Below, one piece after another: positions 24,634-27,256 of a DNA stretch of 27,256 nt; position 1 is the stretch's first letter; each line of letters begins with the position of its first letter. The translations under genes and the position numbers were made by a program. Source of the stretch: a virus (taxonomy: Duplodnaviria > Caudoviricetes); the IMG/VR virus record IMGVR_UViG_3300020045_007891, positions 1 to 27,256 of that record, one strand, 5' to 3'. Below the pieces are notes generated by a model. It saw nothing but the letters and a program-made list of their open reading frames with translations. It had not been told where the DNA came from and did no database searches.

Positions 24634-24945
24634 ATGGTGAATATGAAAGCAATACTTGAATTGAACATGCCGGATACATGCCGGAAGTGCGATCTTGTAC
24701 ATTACGGGGGTTGGTGCCCATCGCTCAAAAAACATGTGGCGTTGGATCTGAAATATGTTGATTGCCCTCTGAAACATGAGAAAGTAGCGAAGCTAATAAA
24801 TCAATACGAGTTATTCGGAGGGTTTTACGGATGTCAATATGCAGGATGTGGAGAAAAGGTTGTTAAGAATAAGGACGTTCAAAGAATGGACAAATATTGT
24901 TCTGGATGCGGAGCCAGATTTGTGAAGGACGGTGACACAGAATGA
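24634..24945 (+). CDS. Cys-rich putative Zn-binding phage protein
   Basis: MPDTCRKC, CPL, CQYAGC and YCSGCGARF motifs. Start may be 24643. Confidence 0.7.
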   Translation: MVNMKAILELNMPDTCRKCDLVHYGGWCPSLKKHVALDLKYVDCPLKHEKVAKLINQYELFGGFYGCQYAGCGEKVVKNKDVQRMDKYCSGCGARFVKDGDTE

Positions 24946-25169
24946 AGATCCAGAAGAATTACCGGCTACCACAGGATGTAATTAATATGCTTGAGACAAT
25001 GGCTGAGGCTGGCCAAAAGGATTTCACTGAATTGATTGAGCAATCGGTCAGGGCGGTATATGCAGAACACTTCCGGTCAGTCAATGGTCTGGAGTATAAC
25101 AAACTCCTGGTACAACAGGTTGTTGGTACCGGAATCCGGCCAACAATGCGCGAACGGGGCGTTGTATAG
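24942..25169 (+). CDS. Ribbon-helix-helix (CopG/Arc-like) DNA-binding protein
   Basis: KIQKNYRLPQDVINMLETMAEAGQKDFTELIEQSV pattern. Confidence 0.7.
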   Translation: MKIQKNYRLPQDVINMLETMAEAGQKDFTELIEQSVRAVYAEHFRSVNGLEYNKLLVQQVVGTGIRPTMRERGVV

Positions 25170-25211
25170 ACAAGCGTAAATCATGAACGGGTTATCAATC
25201 TTGTACGAAGG

Positions 25212-25448
25212 ATGGTGAGTATGGAAAACGAATTGATTATTACTTCGATAAAAGAACTTTTGCAAACAATCATTGATTCTGCAAAAGGTTTACCACAATC
25301 AGAGTGTGATTCCCCAATACCATACGGAGATACAGGTTATACCCAAACCTTTAGGTCAACCGTTGATTTTCAAAAAGGGAAATCTCTGTGTGCAAGAGTT
25401 GTGATGGAGTTTATAGATGCTTGTTTAGATGATATGAATAAAATCTGA
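25212..25448 (+). CDS. Hypothetical protein
   Basis: ORF in the early gene array; start may be 25221. Confidence 0.6.
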   Translation: MVSMENELIITSIKELLQTIIDSAKGLPQSECDSPIPYGDTGYTQTFRSTVDFQKGKSLCARVVMEFIDACLDDMNKI

Positions 25449-25491
25449 ATAAGTAGAATCAATCTTAGTGGAAACATATGGAGGATATTAG

Positions 25492-25674
25492 ATGGCTAAA
25501 TTTATGTTTGAAGTCGATGACTGTTGGCTAGAGGATGGGACGCTCCATTGTAATTATTGCCCCTGTGAGGACGGAGCTGATTGTTGTAAATTGCAAAACG
25601 AGGGTGGCGGAACACCAATACAGTTTGATACTTTTTCGGAACAAATGACAAATTGTCCATTAGTAAAGCTGTAA
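25492..25674 (+). CDS. Small Cys-rich hypothetical protein
   Basis: GGAGG RBS; CNYCPC...CC...CPL. Confidence 0.65.
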   Translation: MAKFMFEVDDCWLEDGTLHCNYCPCEDGADCCKLQNEGGGTPIQFDTFSEQMTNCPLVKL

Positions 25675-25699
25675 TTGATCTTTTGTGAAAGGAGTTTCA

Positions 25700-26065
25700 A
25701 TGAAAGAAATTAGATTTAGAGCATGGGACAAAACTGCAAAGTACATGTTTAAAATATTCGACAATACTACTGGTGAAGAATGGTTCTTGCCGCAAGTAAA
25801 AGATAAATTTGAGGTCATGCAATACACTGGATTAAAAGACAGAAACGGCAAGGAAATCTATGAGGGTGACATATTCCGCATAACTAACCCGAATTCGCTT
25901 TACATTGTAACCTGGGATGAAGCCAACGGAAGATTTTTAGGGGTTGCGGTTGGAGGAGTAGAAAGAAGAATTGCATACGTTGGCATGGTTGACAGAAACG
26001 ACAAACCAGCTATTGAAGTCATCGGAAACATTTATGAGAATGTGGAGTTGATATCTATCGACTAA
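25700..26065 (+). CDS. yopX: YopX family protein
   Basis: EIRFRAWDK, MQYTGLKDRNGKEIYEGDI and EVIGNIYEN motifs. Confidence 0.93.
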   Translation: MKEIRFRAWDKTAKYMFKIFDNTTGEEWFLPQVKDKFEVMQYTGLKDRNGKEIYEGDIFRITNPNSLYIVTWDEANGRFLGVAVGGVERRIAYVGMVDRNDKPAIEVIGNIYENVELISID

Positions 26066-26100
26066 TAAAGAATAATGCGAAAGATTGGAGGACAAGCCTA

Positions 26101-26373
26101 ATGAAACGACTTCATTTTTTAACACTTATCGCAGCAATAATTTACATCCTGACCAACTTCATTCAAATAATCAGTCCTGATGTAGACTTTAAAATCATCA
26201 TCATCATGCACTTGCTTAATATAATTTGGTTCTCAATCCAAACGGTTGAGACAGACCGAAACCTCGCACTTGAAAAACTTTGGAACTGGAAGATTGCATG
26301 TAGACGAAGGGATCGACAGGAAAGGAGGGCAGAACGGAAAAGAATAAAGAAAATGCTAACCGGATGGAAATAA
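26101..26373 (+). CDS. Two-TM membrane protein with basic tail
   Basis: GGAGG RBS; two hydrophobic helices, then an R/K-rich C-terminus. Confidence 0.65.
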   Translation: MKRLHFLTLIAAIIYILTNFIQIISPDVDFKIIIIMHLLNIIWFSIQTVETDRNLALEKLWNWKIACRRRDRQERRAERKRIKKMLTGWK

Positions 26374-26447
26374 AAAGAGCCTGACACGAATCAGGCCAAA
26401 ATGTAAATCTTCAAGACCAGAATAACAGAGCAGAAGGAGAAAATCAA
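26368..26447 (-). ncRNA. Putative ~45-nt antisense sRNA with promoter and terminator
   Basis: TTGATT(26447-42)-17 bp-TATTCT(26424-19) with extended TG, followed by GCCTGA-TTCGTG-TCAGGC and TCTTTTTATTT on the minus strand. Confidence 0.4.
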
Positions 26448-26448
26448 T

Positions 26449-26730
26449 ATGAAAAGCATGAGAGGGAATGTAACCATTGACATCAATTCCTATAACGCTA
26501 TCCTTGAAGAACTCAACGAATGCAAGACATCATTAAATAAACTTATCGAGAAAACCAATAATGTCAAGTTTTTCGATATCCACTTAGGCTATAGCAATAA
26601 ATATAATTTGGTGCTGACCGATCTCGGGAGAACCGTCTTGAATGAATTTATGGAAGGGTTCCCAAATTTAAAAGAAAGCAACCCAAAAACAAGGGATTTG
26701 ATTTGGGACTTTGCAAAGGAGGAAGTTTAA
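26449..26730 (+). CDS. Hypothetical protein
   Basis: AAGGAG RBS; TAATG-coupled to the next gene. Confidence 0.65.
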   Translation: MKSMRGNVTIDINSYNAILEELNECKTSLNKLIEKTNNVKFFDIHLGYSNKYNLVLTDLGRTVLNEFMEGFPNLKESNPKTRDLIWDFAKEEV

Positions 26731-27030
26731 TGAGTGAATTAAAATACATAATTGATGAAGCCATTGAACAGTTAGAGGATAGCGGAACATTCATTATTGA
26801 TTCAGACTCCAAGGCGGAGTGGGCAATCAAGAAAATCCAGATTGAACGTCTCGAGTGTGCCAGGATGGAAAGTGTATGCAAGACTATGATTATGGATTAC
26901 GAAAGACAAATACAAAAGTCAAAGGAACAACTTGACACCAACACAAGTTTTCTTCTTTTCCACCTTCAACGGTACATGAACACCGTCAAACCAAAGGAAT
27001 CAAAGACCGCACTGTCTTATAAATTGCCAT
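26730..27030 (+). CDS. Mu Gam-like host-nuclease inhibitor, truncated at a probable chimeric junction
   Basis: FIIDSDSKAEWAIKKI, coiled coil, then KT..SYKLP. The sequence after 27030 loses similarity to the family. Confidence 0.7.
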
Positions 27031-27256
27031 GTGACTTGCTTGGGTTCTGGTTTGGAGATGATTTCTTGGAGCTTGGTCATGTCGGAAAAATATCCACGAA
27101 AACCATTTTTGGCGAAACCACCTTTTCTAATTTCACACTGGTCTATTTCTTTTCCCGACAAATTAGTCATTGCTCCTGTAGTGACATTATACCGTTTCCC
27201 CTCATATTCATTTGGATCGTTCCGGATCAGGTCAATTAAGGTTGATGCATAGATTG
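27024..27256 (-). CDS. Fragment of another phage-like gene in inverted orientation
   Basis: Minus frame is open from the window end: IYASTLIDLIRNDPNEYEGKRY...KPEPKQVTWQ. Confidence 0.55.

Overview
About 27 kb of a temperate, HK97-fold siphophage of a Firmicutes host. A spore-forming, probably Clostridia-like host is inferred from strong GGAGG RBSs, an SLH-bearing endolysin, YopX and a Spo0E-like gene. Gene order: TerL, portal, Clp-type prohead protease, capsid, putative decoration protein, neck and tail genes with a -1 frameshift chaperone pair, short tape measure, tail-tip and fibre genes, an SGNH esterase module, then a lysis cassette (two membrane proteins, a papain-like protease and a GH73-SLH endolysin). 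An accessory block follows (minus-strand TerB-like/BRCT plus nucleotidyltransferase operon, XRE HTH, a small gene with an antisense-type leader), then a candidate attP, a large serine integrase, a cI/cro switch, an antirepressor and early genes. Lysis genes run into the integrase with no obvious host DNA between them, so this looks like the excised (attP) form. Both window ends look like inverted chimeras (clear at the left, inferred at the right). Best candidates for undescribed biology: the BRCT plus nucleotidyltransferase operon, the lysis-cassette papain protease, and the attP-adjacent SOS/antisense-controlled gene. All family calls come from motif recognition by eye; no database search was run.
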